A stretch of DNA of 64,000 nt, from assembly GCA_035221665.1 (NCBI GenBank), contig CM069150.1, forward strand, positions 9,114,001-9,178,000. The letters run 5' to 3'. The notes below the pieces were generated by a model that did no database searches, had not been told where the DNA came from, and worked only from the letters and a program-made list of their open reading frames with translations. This DNA is from Okamejei kenojei (lineage: Eukaryota). How positions within the stretch are numbered: the first letter of the stretch is position 1; every line of letters begins with the position of its first letter. Of the stretch, positions 49,271-63,757 are shown one piece after another. Position numbers and translations under genes: made by a program.

Positions 49271-50079
49271 CTGACTGATTATTGTATCTACATTTTAACT
49301 TTTTTATGATTTGTTCCTAAGGCCACCTAGGTTTCTCTGAACACCAACATCTTTGGTCTGTCTGTCATCATTCAACATGTGTAGACTTCTATTTTTTTCC
49401 CATCAAAGCAAAGACCTGATTGGTCATCTTGCAGGATCACATTCCTCCTTCCCCCATCGCTTTGAATTTAATTGATGGTTATTCTCTTTGATATTCATGT
49501 TAAGGGCTTCATGAAACCAGAAAGTTGCCCTGCTACAAAGCTCACGTTCCCACACCACCCTCCCTCCACCTCTATAACGTTGATTGTTGCTGGGTGTCAG
49601 ATCCACAGATGCTGACCTTCCTTCAGCATCTCCACCTAGCCACCAAATCTGAAGTCTGAGCTGGAGAAAGGTTGCGGCCCAAAACGCCACCCATTCCTTT
49701 GCTCCAGAGATGCTGCCTGTCCCGCTGAGTTACTCCTTGTGTCTATCACCCAATTTTCCTCTGTGGTATTAATTTTCCTCTGTTGTGTCAGCACCAGCAG
49801 GTTATTTGTCCATGGGGACCCCCCCCCGTCACCCCTCACAAGGACCATGCTCAATTTCGATCCATTTCCAACAGGGATTACTGGATAGCTGACTTTCACT
49901 TCACTGGGATGATGAGGTTCTTAGTGTAATTGCTGGTAACTCAGCACAAAGCAAGTTTCCAGTCTGTACAGTTGTGTGTCATGCTATTCTGCTCAGCAAT
50001 GTCCACACAATTTCACAGCCCCTTGTGATTTCCTTTCAACTCAAGGAAAATTAATTATCTTTATGCTATCTTCCCACAG

Positions 50080-50245
50080 AGGTCATGATGCCAGTCAGAT
50101 TACCCTGGCGTTGGGCACAGCTGCATCCTACCCCCGAGCTTGTCAGGCACTGGGTGCCATGCTGTCCAAAGGAGCTCTGAATCCCGCTGATATCACAGTG
50201 TTATATAAAATGTTCACGAGCATGGATCCACCGCCTGTAGAATTG
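50080..50245 (+). CDS. NELFCD: NELFCD exon 8
   Basis: cag|GHDASQITLALGTAASYPRACQALGAMLSKGALNPADITVLYKMFTSMDPPPVEL|gtaaga; 166 nt. Confidence 0.97.
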
Positions 50246-51090
50246 GTAAGAAATGTTCTCGGCCACATGTTTTATATGACAATCTTTTCAAGCACTGGGC
50301 TCCTTCAATTTCTATGGGACACTGAACGAAATATTATTGAATGGTAGGGAGCAGTGTTTACAAGAGATTTCGTCCTCTGCCAGCACGGGCAGAGAGTTTG
50401 AGTAAGGTGTCTCTCTGATTGGAGTGTCATGTCTAACCCAAGAATCCTATCCCAGTGAATTTTCGAGCAGATGTCTTTGAACTCTATTGATTGAGACCTC
50501 TGATTAATATATTTCGGTGGAATATAAATGGCCGGGGTGGGCAAGATGGGCCGAAGGGCCTGTTTTCACACTGTATCACTATGACTCAATTTCCTGTAAA
50601 CTCCATTAATAATGAGACCGATCCCATTTCATTTATTATTTATGTAGGAAGGAACTGCTGGTTTAAACTGAAGATAGACACAAAAAGCTGGAGTAACTCA
50701 GTGGGACAGGCAGCATCTCTGGAGAGAAGGACCCTTTCCTTCACCCATTCCTTCCTCCAGAGATGTTGCCTGTCCCGCTGAGCTACTCCAGATTTTTGTG
50801 TCTATCTTCGCATTTATTATTTTTATCTAATTTGCCAAAATCCAGCTTTAGAACTTAATAAAGTGTGGTTCAATGCCACATTTGAGGGCTATGTTTAAAG
50901 AAATAAGAGCAGATTTGTATTTCACATGGAGCTCTGCAAGCCAGTTTGAAAACAAGTACTACAGGAAAGACAGTAAAATCCTTCTGTTCTGCTCGATTGG
51001 TGATCCTCTCACTGGAAAGTGTATTACAGCTTTGTTCTGTCGTACCAGGAATGCCCATATCTAACTCTGCTTGTTTTTTTCTCATTCTAG

Positions 51091-51225
51091 ATTAGAGTCC
51101 CGGCTTTCCTTGATCTTTTTATGCAATCTCTCTTCAAACCAGCCTCCAAAATTAATCCCGAGCATAAGCACAAGTACATCTACATCCTAGCTTATGCAGC
51201 CAGTGTGGTGGAATCGTGGAAAAAG
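51091..51225 (+). CDS. NELFCD: NELFCD exon 9
   Basis: tag|IRVPAFLDLFMQSLFKPASKINPEHKHKYIYILAYAASVVESWKK|gttagc; 135 nt. Confidence 0.97.
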
Positions 51226-51894
51226 GTTAGCATTTTGCATACGGTCACAAGAGCGGGGCTGAGAAACGTCGGCTCGCACTGGATTCCCGTGATTGTTCAC
51301 TGGCTGAACCCAAAGTACACCATGCTTGTTTAATTGTTGAGGCTGTTTCTCAGGGTATGCCATCTTTATGTCATTCCATGGCCACACCCAGTCCACGAGT
51401 TGTTTCTTCCTGGTCCATCCCTGTCGCTTCGAACGTGGCTGTGAAATTCCTGCATGTTTCTTCCGAGCCTCCACTTTGGGTTCAGCCAGTGAGCAATCAC
51501 GGGAATCCAGTATGAGCCTCCACTTAGTTATTTCTATTAACTGTGCTGAGGGTCAAGAGAAATTAAAGTAGCTAACATACCTAGTTGTGTGGCTTTCCAG
51601 TTACACTGCTTATGTTTGCAAAGATAAAAAATATTTTGAAAATTGCACAATTTATATCAAACACATTGGTAATTAATTTGTTTGCATGTTTTTCCCCAAC
51701 GTAGTTGAATTAGTATTAGTTATTACTCCCGTGTATGCTGAGTATGTACAGTGAAAAGCATTGTTTGCTTGCTATCTTGTCAAATCATAGTACAATCAAA
51801 CAATATATAAGTACAACAGGTAGAGCAAAGAGAAAAATAGCAGAATGTAGAATATAGCATTGCAGCATTAGAGCTTTATGTAACAGCAAGTGAA

Positions 51895-52400
51895 AATAGA
51901 AACATTAGGTGTAGGCCATTCAGCTCGAGCCTGCACCGCCATTACAATATGATCATGGCTGATCCATCCAACTCAGTATCCGTACCTGCTTCTCTCCATA
52001 CCCTCTGATAGTCATCTTAAATATCAATGAACTGGCCTCAACTACCCTCTGTGGGCAGAGAGTTACTCACCACTCTCTGTGTGAAGAAAAGTCTTTCTCA
52101 CTTAAAGGAGCTGTGACCCCTTGTCCTGGACTTCCCCAACATCAGGAACAATCTTCCTGCATCTAGCCTGTCCAACCCCTTAAAATTTTGTAAGAAGAAT
52201 TCCAGAGAGTATAAACCGAGATCCAGTCTTTTCTTCATAAGACAGTCCTATCCCAGGAATCAGTCTGGTGAACCTTCTCTGCACTCCCTCTATGGCAATA
52301 ATGTCCTTCCTCAGATTTGGAGACCAAAACTGCACGAGACCCTTTCAACTGAAGTAGGAACCTCCTGCTCCTGTACTCAAACACTCCTTTTGCTATGAAG
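51895..52400 (-). mobile_element. CR1 3' end, indel-rich copy
   Basis: Colinear with the reverse complement of the CR1 at 55343-55925 but with many short deletions. Confidence 0.8.
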
Positions 52401-53965
52401 TCCATGTACTGTAAAGTCCAAGGTCGGTAATAAGGTAACTGGAAGATTGGGACTACACCCTGATTTATGGGAGGACCATCCAGTGGTCTGATAACAGCAA
52501 GGAAGCAAGTGTTCCTGAACCTTTTGCACCTTCTGCCCGACAAGAGAGGGGAGTAGAGGGAATCACTGGGGTGAGAAAGGTCCGTGATTATGTTGGCTGT
52601 TTTCTGGAGGCAACGTAAAGTCTAGATGGAGTAAATGGTGGTGAGGCTGGTTTGTGTGTTGGACTGAACTACATCCACAGCTCTCGGCAGTCTCTCGGGT
52701 AGAGCTGTTGCCAAACCAAACTCTGATGCTTTGTACGGTAGGATAAGGTAGGGTAGCCTTGTATGATGCATCTGTAGAAGTTGTAAGAGTTGCGAGAGAC
52801 ATTCCGAACTTCCTTGGTCTTCTGAGAAAGTAGTTATAGCATTATAGTTACAGAAAAAATACAAATTAAACAAAGTGCAAGGACTGCAATGAGGTGGGTT
52901 GGAAGATCGGGACAGCGCTGTCATCTTATAAAAGGAACATTCAGAAGTCTGATAACAGTGGGGAAGAAACTATTTCTGAACTCTGAATCATGCTTGCGTA
53001 TAGCATGTGCTACATACTCAAGCTTTTATGTTTCCTGCCCAATGGCAAAGGAGGAAAAAGGTTTAGATTGAGAGAATATGGGCCAAAATCATGTCAATCG
53101 ATACCTTAATTCAATGGTTCAACCTTCAAGCATTGTGTGGTGGAGAAAGCTAAAATACATGGCTTTCTGAGCAAGGTAATTTTTTTTCTTCATCTCCATT
53201 TTAAATTTGCTGACCCCCGATTCTAAAATTCTGACCTCTAGTTCAAAGTTCCCCAGAAGGGCAAACATCTATCCCATATATTTCAATGGAATCATCTCTT
53301 TCATTTGCGATCGTGTTTAACCATTCCTCATAAGACAGTTCCTTCATCCCAGGAGTCATGCTTGTGAACCTTCTCTGAACAGCTTCCATTTTGAGTATAT
53401 ACCAAATTGGAAGATCAAAACTGCCTGTACAGTTAGTGTAAGACTTCTACACTCCACCCTTTTGCAATGATGGCCCACATTTCATTTGCTTTCCTAAATA
53501 CATCCTATACTTACATCTCTCAGCAGGAGATTTACAAAAGAGGACGTCCAAATCACTGTGTAGTGTGCATTATGTAACATCTTACCACGTAATCATTACC
53601 CTGATTTTCTGTTTTCCCCAGCAAAGTAGATAATCTAATATTTCCATATTTTTATTTTTCGACCATCTGCTAAATGCCGCCTCTTGCCTAACCTATCTAT
53701 GTCCATTTATAGACCCCCTGTGTCTTCCTAACAATTTGTTTTAGATGAATCTTTGCCAAATTAATCGTAGTCCTTTGTCTTTTCATCATTGATATCAATA
53801 CAAATGACCCTTGTGTTATGGCACTTTGGGTAACGAAATTCGCCCTTACTGAATTCACAAACCTCTACCAATAAATGTGGAATAAAGAAATTTGCATTTA
53901 TGGAATTTATGTGAAATGGTAACCACAAAATGTACACTTGTAACTTCCCAGCAATATCAAACAGA

Positions 53966-54226
53966 CCTTACAGTGCCAGAGACCTGGGCTTGATCCCAAC
54001 TATGGGTGCTGGCTGCACGGGGTTTGTGCGTTCTCCCTGTGACCGCGTGGGGTTTTCTCCGAGATCTTCGGGTCCCTCCCACACACCAAAGACGTGCAGG
54101 TTTGTAGGTTAATTGGCTTGGTATAAACGTAAAATTGCCCCCAGTGTATGTAGAACAGTGTTAATCACTGGTCAGAGTGAACTCGGTGGGCCGAAGGGCC
54201 TGTTTCCAAAACTAAACTAAAGTAAA
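53966..54226 (+). mobile_element. HE1-type SINE, 5' truncated
   Basis: ccttacagtgccagagacctggg...gggccgaagggcctgtttcc and (aaact)n tail. Confidence 0.75.
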
Positions 54227-55342
54227 CTACACCTCATTGTCTGTAAATATCGCAGTTGTCAATCTGCTTGTTAGTGATGATGCGAACCCCAGGTGATGTG
54301 TTTTAAACAAGTGGCCGTAGGTTGGCTGCAATTGTTGTAGAAATCTGGGAAGGGGGGAAATCTGGGAGGGGGGATTGAAAAAAGCCTGGAGAGAGGAGAG
54401 GGAGATTAAAGCCAGGAATACGGGTAATAGTATTTTTGACTGTAATTTTGTCTGTATAAATCTGGTTTCATAGACCAAATTTGGTGCTGTGATTACCAAT
54501 CAGAATAAGTTTCATGTTACAATAACATAATTTCCATCAGCTTGTTTATAAACATCTGATCAGGAGTTTGGATTTTCCGCATATTCTTGGTCTATAATTT
54601 CTACCTCCTTTGCTTTTCACACAGATCTTTGGCAGGGGAGTGGGATATATTTTGCAGAATAAGATAAATTATAACATGTTAAATTGAACCAATATAGTTA
54701 ATTTCCTGGCTGAAATATCTGCACAGAATGTACTTGAATGTGGCAGATATTATCCCGCGGGATAATTACTGTTGTGAGAAAACCGTGCCGTAGCACGCAT
54801 TTCCGCTTATAACGTGGGATTCAATGGAAACTGAGGTTTTGCGTTAAGGAAAATCACAGTATCCTATGGCACTGAACTTACCAACCTGAAAATGACCCAT
54901 TCATCCTGCCTGTTAGTGTTCTATTAGTTGATTAATTGTCAAACCATCCTAAAATACCAATACAAAAGCCTCTTGTCCAGCAGCTGAACAAAGGTCTTTT
55001 GGAAATCGGAATGCGGTATGTCTACATTTTCTCGTTTATCCAGTGTGCTTGTTATAAACTCAACAATGCAATTTTGTAAAAAATACATACATTTGTTAAA
55101 CATCAATTTCCTTAATCAACTGTTCACATGAAACAGTTTTTGATTGGGTTCTGATATTTCTACTATTACTAATTTTTGTACGTAATAATTGCAGAAATAA
55201 CTAATGACAGGTGTCAGATTAATTATAGTCTTAACGTTTCTTGCTTTCTGTATTTCCTCATTCTTGAGAATGGATGTGGCATTGGTGGTTTTGCAATGTT
55301 TTTTTTTGCTGGAACTTACCTTAGATCTTACCTTAGTTGTAA

Positions 55343-55928
55343 AGGGCCTTGGTGAGACCACACCTGGAGTATTGTGTACAGTTTTGGTCTCCTAATCTGA
55401 GGAAAGACATTCTTGCCATAGAGGGAGTACAGAGAAGGTTCACCAGACTGATTCCTGGGATGGCAGGACTTTCATATGAAGAAATACTGGATAGCCTCGG
55501 CTTGTACTCACTAGAATTTAGAAGATTGAGAGGGGATCTTATAGAAACTTACAAAATTCTTAAGGGGTTGGACAGGCTAGATGCAGGAAGATTGTTCCCG
55601 ATGTTGGGGAAGTCCAGAACACGGGTCACAGTTTAAGGATAAGGGGGAAGTCTTTTAGGACCGAGATGAGGAAAACATTTTTTACACAGAGAGTGGTGAA
55701 TATGTGGAATTCTCTGCCACAGAAGGTAGTTGAGGCCAGTTCATTGGGTATATTTAAGAAGGAGTTAGATGTGGCCCTTGTGGCTATGGGGATCGGGGGG
55801 TATGAGAGAAGGCAGGTATGGGATGCTGAGTTGGATGATCAGCCATGATCATTTTGAATGGCGGTGCTGGCTCGAAGGGCCGAATGGCCTACTCCTGCAC
55901 CTATTTTCTATGTTTCTATGCTTCTATG
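55343..55928 (+). mobile_element. CR1 LINE 3' end with (tttctatg)n tail
   Basis: VRPHLEYCVQFWSPNLRKDILAIEGVQRRFTRLIPG...; tail ttttctatgtttctatgcttctatg. Confidence 0.95.
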
Positions 55929-56921
55929 TTTAGGGACGTTACAAGATCACAGCCAATGTGTTCATTATCTTTGCAGCTATTTCTTTTAAAGTCTTCAGTC
56001 CCATTGGTTTCCTTACTACATTTTTTCTATTGGTATTGCTTTATTATTGTCACATTTTTGTAAGATATAGTGAAACTTTTTTTTGCATAATATTCAATCA
56101 AATCATACCATGCATAAGTACAATCAAGCCATTCACAAATACAATAAGTAGTGCAAAGAGAAAAACACCAGAATACAGAATATCGTGATGCAGCATTATA
56201 GCATTACCATTACAGAGAAAAAGTCCAAAGTCCGCAATGAGGTAAGCTGCGCCTTGGCTTTTAGAGATTCAATAGTCTCATAACAGCAAGGAAGCAGGTG
56301 TTCCTGAATCTTCTGTATCTTCTGCCCAACAAGAGAAGGGAGAAGAGGGAATCACTGGGGTAAAAAAGGTCCTTGATTTTGTTGGCTGCTTTTCAGAGGC
56401 AATGTAAAGTGTAGATGGAGTCAGTGGTGACGAGGCTGGTTTGTGTGAGGGACTGGACCACATCCACGGCTCTAGGCAGTCTCTTGGGGAGAGCTGTAGC
56501 CCAATCAAACTCTGATGCCTTGTCGATAGGATGATGCCTTGTAGGTTGGTCGATAGATGATCCTTGGAAAGGGAAAAGTAAATCTGATAGTAGCCATTTT
56601 GTCGTACAATGCAGATGTTTTAATGGGGGAAAAAATCCAGACTTTGACCAGAGATGTTAAATTATGTTACTGTGTTCTAATTGATGAGTACAATAATGAC
56701 AGTAATTATCTACTTTGAAAGGATTAGAATTTTAGTCCTAGTGTAGTGATTCAAGGCAGGTTTTATTTTTCATTGTGCAAAACTGACAGGTTTGTGGAAA
56801 AACAAATCCTGATAACAACTTTCAAAAACTTGATGGAGTTCTGGCCTGGGGTTTTACGAACTTTTCGACTTTCTAGGGCTTGTGTAGCAGTTTAACTCAG
56901 AGCTGTTGTTTTATCTGACAG

Positions 56922-57061
56922 AACAAAAGATTTAACATCAACAAGGATGAGCTGAAATCCACCTCAAAGGCAATTGAGACTGTCCACAACCTGTGCTGCA
57001 ATGAAAACAAAGGGGCTTCAGAGCTGGTTGCTGAATTGGGAACCCTTTACCAATGTATTCG
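56922..57061 (+). CDS. NELFCD: NELFCD exon 10
   Basis: cag|NKRFNINKDELKSTSKAIETVHNLCCNENKGASELVAELGTLYQCI(R)|gtgagt; 140 nt. Confidence 0.97.
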
Positions 57062-57442
57062 GTGAGTATCACAGTGCGCAAGTTACCTGTTGGCAGATCA
57101 GTTGAAAGCCATTGGATTTGAGGGGCTATGGTCATGTTTGGTGAGCATCTTGGGGTACAGAGTCGCTCTGTCAGAGTAGATGGACCGTATTCTTTATTTA
57201 AGTAGTGCAGCAACTTCACAGAGGAGAACTGTGTGGGTAGATTTGCTCAATGGTGTATCTATGACAGATCATACCCAGCGTTCAACACTCCTGCCGCCCA
57301 TTTGAATAATGGGTGAGATGCTGGATGAATGTTGGATGGGCTGAAACTTTCCTAAGCTCTGACAGTAATCTTCTTCGACAGCTACCAGGTTCGGAGATTT
57401 GTATTAAGAAAAGCCAGGCGTGTCTCACTCATGATTCTCAGA

Positions 57443-57885
57443 TTCTAAGGGTGTCAGGGGTTATGGGGAGAAGGCAGGAGAATGGGGTTGAGGGAAAGAT
57501 AGATCAGCCATGATTGAATGGCGGAGTAGACTTGATGGGCTGAATGGCCTAATTCTGCTCCTAGGACGTATGATTCCCAGAACATGAAATTCAATTTAGC
57601 AGTGGAAGTTGTTAGAATATGGGCACCATATCTAAGGAAGGATGTGCTGGCTCTGAAGAGGGTCCAGAGGAGGCTTACATGAATGACCCCAGGAATGAGT
57701 AGGTTAACCTATGATGAGCGTTTGTCAGTACTGGGCCTGTACTCGCTGGAGTTTAGAAGGATGAGGGGAGACCTCATTGAAACATGAATAGTGAAAGGCT
57801 TGAATAGATTGGATGTGGAGAGGATGTTTCCACTAGTGAGAGAGTCTCGGACTAGACGTCATAGCCTCAGAATTAAAGGACGTCT
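57443..57885 (+). mobile_element. CR1 3' fragments
   Basis: GLYSLEFRRMRGDLIET; KGLNRLDVERMFPLV. Confidence 0.85.
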
Positions 57886-58048
57886 TCTTCACATCCACTC
57901 TATCCAAGCTTTTCATTATTCTGTCCCCTCTCATATCACTTATGGCCTTATAACAGTGGCGACAAAATGTTTTGGCAGTCACTGTGCAATGAAAAGTAGA
58001 GGACTTGGCTGTGTACTTCGTCTGGTAATTACCTTTTCTGATTATTAG

Positions 58049-58163
58049 GTTTCCGGTGGTGGCGATGGGAGTGCTGAAATGGGTTGATTGGACTGTGTCT
58101 GAGCCCAGCTATTTTCAGTTGCAGACGGACCACACACCCGTTCACTTAGCCTTACTGGATGAG
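58049..58163 (+). CDS. NELFCD: NELFCD exon 11
   Basis: tag|FPVVAMGVLKWVDWTVSEPSYFQLQTDHTPVHLALLDE|gtaact; 115 nt. Confidence 0.97.
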
Positions 58164-58544
58164 GTAACTAATCCTCTCATATCATTTACATGACTTTGGT
58201 TCACATTTTCCCTTGTGTTTATCTCCATGTGTGGTGAAATGTCTAACTCAGTGTTCCCAGACCGTCCAAGGTTATTCAGTCTTACCTGAGTCACTGTTTC
58301 ATTACTGTCAATCTCGCTGCCTTGGTTAGGAAGATGGAAGCATTGGCGGGATTCCTGCTCTTGATTGACATCTGGAGACTGCATTGATAGATGGCAGCTA
58401 ATCTCAAATATAGGCAACCATTTGCACTTCAAACAGCCAAAAGTGTAAAGCTCTTATAAACCTCTGCATTGAGTTGCAAGCATTTCAAAGATGGATTTTG
58501 CTGTCCATTGTAGATGTGGGAGCCTGATTAGATTTATCCATCTC

Positions 58545-58915
58545 ATAAGCTCTCGGAGCAGAATTAGCCAATTCGGCCCATCAAGTCTACTCTACGAGTC
58601 AATCAGGTTGATTTATCTCTCAACCGTATTCTCCTTCTCACCATAACCCCTGACACCCTTACCAATCTAGAATCTGCCAATCTCCGCCTTGAAAATATCC
58701 ATTGACTTGGCCTCCACAGCCATCTGTGGCAGTGAATTCCACAGATTCATCACCCGCTGTCTAAAGAAGTTCCTCCTCTTTTCCTTTCTAAAGTTACGTC
58801 CTTTTATTCTGAGGCTATGGACTCTGGTCCTAGAATCTCCCACTAGTGGAAACATCCTCTCCACATTCATTCTATCTACATCTTTCACTATTTGGTAAGT
58901 TTCAGTGAGGTCCCC
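58545..58915 (-). mobile_element. CR1 3' fragment
   Basis: VERMFPLVGDSRTRVHSLRIKG...NLWNSLPQMAVEA. Confidence 0.85.
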
Positions 58916-61900
58916 CGTGAAATGAACAGCTTCTTCCCCACAGCCATCAGACTATTAAACACAACTTCAAACAAACTCTGAACTGTAACAGCCTATTGCA
59001 CTTTATATGTTTATTTATGTGTATATATATGGTCTATGGTGTATAGACACACTGATCTGTTCTGTATTTATGTCTACAATATTTGGTTGTGCTGCAGCAA
59101 GCAATAATGTCATTGGCCTATCTGGGACACATGACAATAAACTCTCTTGACTCTTGACTTGACTTGACTTGAAATTAAATAGGCAGTTTGCCGGCCAAGG
59201 CTGTGTGTTTGGGCTTTGCAGCAGACAATGAGACCCTGAAGTGTTATTTTTCTGGTGGATGCAATAATCCAGCAGCTATTCGAATAACATGTAATAACAA
59301 CTTTTACATAGAGCAAAACCTTTAACATAGCAAAACATCATTGGAGCACTATCGAACAAAATTAATGTCAAACCACAGGAAGATCAAATTCTTGGTCAGA
59401 GGTGGACCTTAGAGAATCTCTTCAAGGACAAAAGAGAGACAGAAACACAGAGGCTTAGGGAAGAACCTAAACCGTTGTAAGTTACCCAAGTGGAATATGA
59501 GGGGCTGTGCCTCCCGTTTGCAAGTGGCCTCACTCTGGCAATGGAGGTGGTCCAGGACAGAAAGGTCACTATGGGAATGGTAAATGTTCCTTCGTATGAA
59601 CATTGAATTCTCCAATTTTAGGTAACAAATCTATAAGCGTACCCCACTCCTTTCCATTGCCCCTTTATTTATTCCTCTCTTCCATATGTCCCACCTGAAT
59701 GCACACTCATTTCTCCCAATCTCCTGCCCCCTGCTTCACATTTCATGCATCTTCTATCCTTATCTTCTTATCTTATACTTTTTGTCTTTTCATTCTGGTC
59801 TTTGTCCAACCATCTACAAATCAAAGCCTTATTCACAGTATCCACCTACCATTTGCCAGACTTTGTCCCACCCCTACCATCTTCTTTCCAGCTTTCTCTT
59901 CCCCACTAATATCAATATGAAGAAGGGTCCCGACCTGAACTATCACCCATCCATGTTCTCAAGAGATGCCGCCTGGTGCACTGAGTAACTCCAGCAATTT
60001 GCGTCATTGTTTGATGAAAATGTTATGTTCACAAGTTATAGGAGTAGGATTAGGCCGTTCGGTCCAACGAGTCTACTCCGCCATTCAATAATGGATTATC
60101 TCTGCCACCTAATCTCTGTGGCAATTTCCACCTCAGGAAACACTTCAGGAAAATTATTTTCTCAAATGTGTCCGCAATATGTGATAACAACCTTGACACT
60201 CCAACTCATATTGGGAATACTAGTCTAACAACACAACAAATAATTTGCCTTAAGATTTTGCAACTAAAATGTGGATTAAGAAATGTCCGGAGACACTGCC
60301 ACGGAATATGGTCTCCTTGAATATTTTCAAGATGGTCCGGTTCGAAGCCATGACTGAAGCCTGAATGCGTGAAATAGATCATAAATATGTCTCCAATGAA
60401 GGCATTTAGTTTATCTCTGTTCCTACCTGATTGTAAATTTTAAATATATTAAGAATATTGACGATATATTTTCTTTTGTTTTAATTGGATTTTATATTTC
60501 TTCTTAATATGTAATTACTTCTAATAAAAATATTTTACAAAAAAAGGATCAGGAAAATTAGTGAATGAGGGCAGTGAGTTGGATATGTCAACTGAGTCTT
60601 GGTTGCCCTAAAATATTAGGAGTAGAACAAGGGAAGGTCATCTATGAATGCATTGGAATAGTGAAGTCTCGAGGTAACAATTAGGATCTAAGCGGCAGGT
60701 GGGTGTGGCCAAATAGTTATCATAATCATAATCATACTTTATTAGCCAAGTATGTTTTTGCAACATACGAGGAATTTGAGGAATATAGAGGCAGGAATAG
60801 ATGGTTCCTTGTGATGGCACAGATATCTGATCCAATGTTCAAGTTTGTGTTCATTTCCAGGCATTTGTCAGTGTGACGGGTGGAGTTGAGTGGGAATGGA
60901 GTTTGTCCTTAGAACCAAATAATGGGCTCAGTCTTCTGGATATTTATAGTTTGAAACAGCCACGGTATTGCTTTTAAAGCTTGCACCATGTGCGTAATGT
61001 GGAGAAGATAACCGTTAAATAACCTCAAATTTAAACAAAATATTAAGAAAGGTATTAAGAAATCAAAGGATTTGAAGGAAAAATCTGCTGGGATGAGAGT
61101 AAATCTGGGGGAAGTAATATTGTCAAGCAGACTGTTTGAACAACAATGGCAAATATTTTAAAAGGTAACCAATAAACTAGAGAAGAACTGCATTCCATGA
61201 AAATGACCGGATCAATAGAAAATCCCCACAGATAAATAAAGGACTATCGCTGATGAAAATGGCATTTAGTGCATCAAAGGAGATAACTAAAGGGAGTATG
61301 AACAGTGTACTGAATGTTTAAAATAAAATGTTAATGTAATTTATAAGCAGTGTGGAGTCAGGAGATTTTAATTGTCATATGCACCATGAATGGAACAATG
61401 AAATGTTCTTTGCTGCAACTTAACAGGCACATTAATGCAATTAAACAACTCATAAATATGTAATAAATAACAATATAATAAATTATCGGTAATACTTGGT
61501 AACTGGACCTTAAATGTGTAAACAGAAGGATGTAGTGCCACCAAAACAAAGTTTTGTGGTTTGGTGCTGAGGTAAGATTGTGATTATGGTTGTGCAGTGT
61601 AGTTCAAGAGCCTGATGGTCGATGGGAAGAAGCTGTTCTGTAAACGAGGTCATGGTTTCCATAACTTCTTCCCAATGGTAACAGTGAGGGATGTATGGGT
61701 CTTGGATGATATTAGCTGCCACTTTGAGACAGCAGTTCCTATAGATCCCTTCAGTGGTAAGGAGGTCAGTACCCATGATGGACTAGGCAATGTCCCCCAC
61801 ATTCTGCAAACATCTTCATTCCCCAGCATTTGAGTTACTGTACCATGCCATGATGTAACCATCCATATGCTCTCTACTGTATACCTGTAGAAGTTCGATA

Positions 61901-62015
61901 GAATATTCGGTGACATGCCAATATACAGAGGAAGTATAGATATTGATGAGGTTTCTTTGCATCAACGTGCATACCCATGTGAGATCTTCAGAGATACGCA
62001 TGCCCAGGAACTTTA

Positions 62016-62777
62016 AGGGGCTGTCCCACTGCGGCGACCTAATCTGTGAGTTTAGAAGAGTTTGCCCTCAACTCAAACTCACAGCATGGTCGACACGTGG
62101 TCCTAGGAGGTCCTATGAGGTCACTGGAACTCGCCTTCATGCTTTAGGGAAGTTCCCGCATACTCGCGGCCTCTGCTAGATCGCGGAAAATTTCTTCCGC
62201 ATGTTGAAATATTTTCCGCGAGTAAAATTTGTTCGGCATGGTTCTCTTTGACTCGTAGTGCAGTGGAGTGGGGTCGCTATGTAGTTACAGGCAGTCGAGG
62301 GCAGCCGTAGGCAATCTCCTTCCCTGACCGGGCATTTTGATTGGGTCATTGGAGTTTTCAGGACCAAGGAAAATTGATTAAAGCTAAACTTTTCAGGACC
62401 AAGGAAAATAAAAAGCTAAACTTTATTATACATCATAAAAGTGTCTTCACTCCTTCTTCCCCCCCTTCTCCCCCCCTTCTCTCCCTTCTCTCCCATTCTC
62501 TCCCCTTCTCTCCCCCTCCCCCCCCCCCCCCCCCCTCTAAAGGAGTTACCCTATACTGTGCAGCCGTCTTTACCTTCCTCTTCTTCGCGGGTGTGAATTT
62601 CAGACAGCACTCCCCCGCTGTCCCTGGCCCCCGCCTTTGCGATGTGTTTGTGTGTGTGTGCGGTCGGGCGATCCAGCTCGCGGTTTCAACGCGGACGGTC
62701 GATCCAGCTCGAGGTTTTCCAGGTCGAAGACACTCTACTGAACTCGCAGATTAGGTCGCCGCAGTGGGACAGCCCCA
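62016..62777. mobile_element. PIF/Harbinger-type MITE with TTA TSD, inserted in a Rex-type LINE fragment (~61360-62990, minus)
   Basis: ~36-bp TIR ggggctgtcccactgcggcgacctaatctg(t/c)gagtt; tta at 62013-62015 and 62778-62780. Confidence 0.9.
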
Positions 62778-63757
62778 TTAGACTGTTGGTTCTCTCCACC
62801 TGTAAAATTAAGTTTCACGGATCCCATGAAACTCAGGTCATCAATCAGCTCTTTGATCTTGCTAATGTTGAGAGCAAGGGTGTTGTTCTGGTACCATTCA
62901 ATCAGATTATCAATCTCCCTCCTGTCCTCTGATTAAATGTTATCACAATAGTGGTATCGCCGGCAACTGACTGAACTTTTATTGCCTTCCCACACAGTGG
63001 GAAATGTTGATTCCACTGTGTGGGGATGTTCATGTTAAATTCTATCGTGTGTTGTGTTCTTTTTATTTGTACAGCTGTATGCCAACCCAAATCTCGCTGT
63101 ACCAATTGGTACAGTGAGAATAAATGTGAACTTGAACTTGAAGTTGAAATTTAAAGATGGTGATGTGGGAGGAACTGGGTTGCCAATTCATACTGATTTT
63201 AGTCTGATCCAAAATCAGAAAAAGCTATAGGAATAAATTGCTGGGTTCTAAGTAATTAAGAATTCCACAGACAAATAATTAACAAAAGGGAGATCTAATA
63301 AAAATTGGATTCACTAAGGAATACAGAAGATAAATTTGTAGGGATTTAAAGTAAAATAGCCGAACTATTAAACAAGTCAGATTAACTTGCTGAATATGAC
63401 TTGAGTATATGTTAAATAGTAAAACCAGACCACTGCACATGTCTAATACTACATTTTGCAACAGTGGGTGAATGGTTGCTGTTTAGATTCCATAGTACAG
63501 TGCCAAATCCATGCTGGTCACATTGATGAACATTGTGTGTCCGCCAGCATTGAATAGTGATCAAGAGCAAGCTCTACGCATGCTATTTTATTCCCTCACA
63601 TTTGTTATATATATTAGTGATATTATAGAGCTTCTACTGCCCAATCTTGATTGGTTAACTTAGGTTTGGCCCATACCATCGCTAGGGAGGTTCAGCTGTT
63701 TCATTTCCAGTCTTTGTGGGACCATGGTTGTCATGATCTTGCTTTTGTCTTCTTCAG

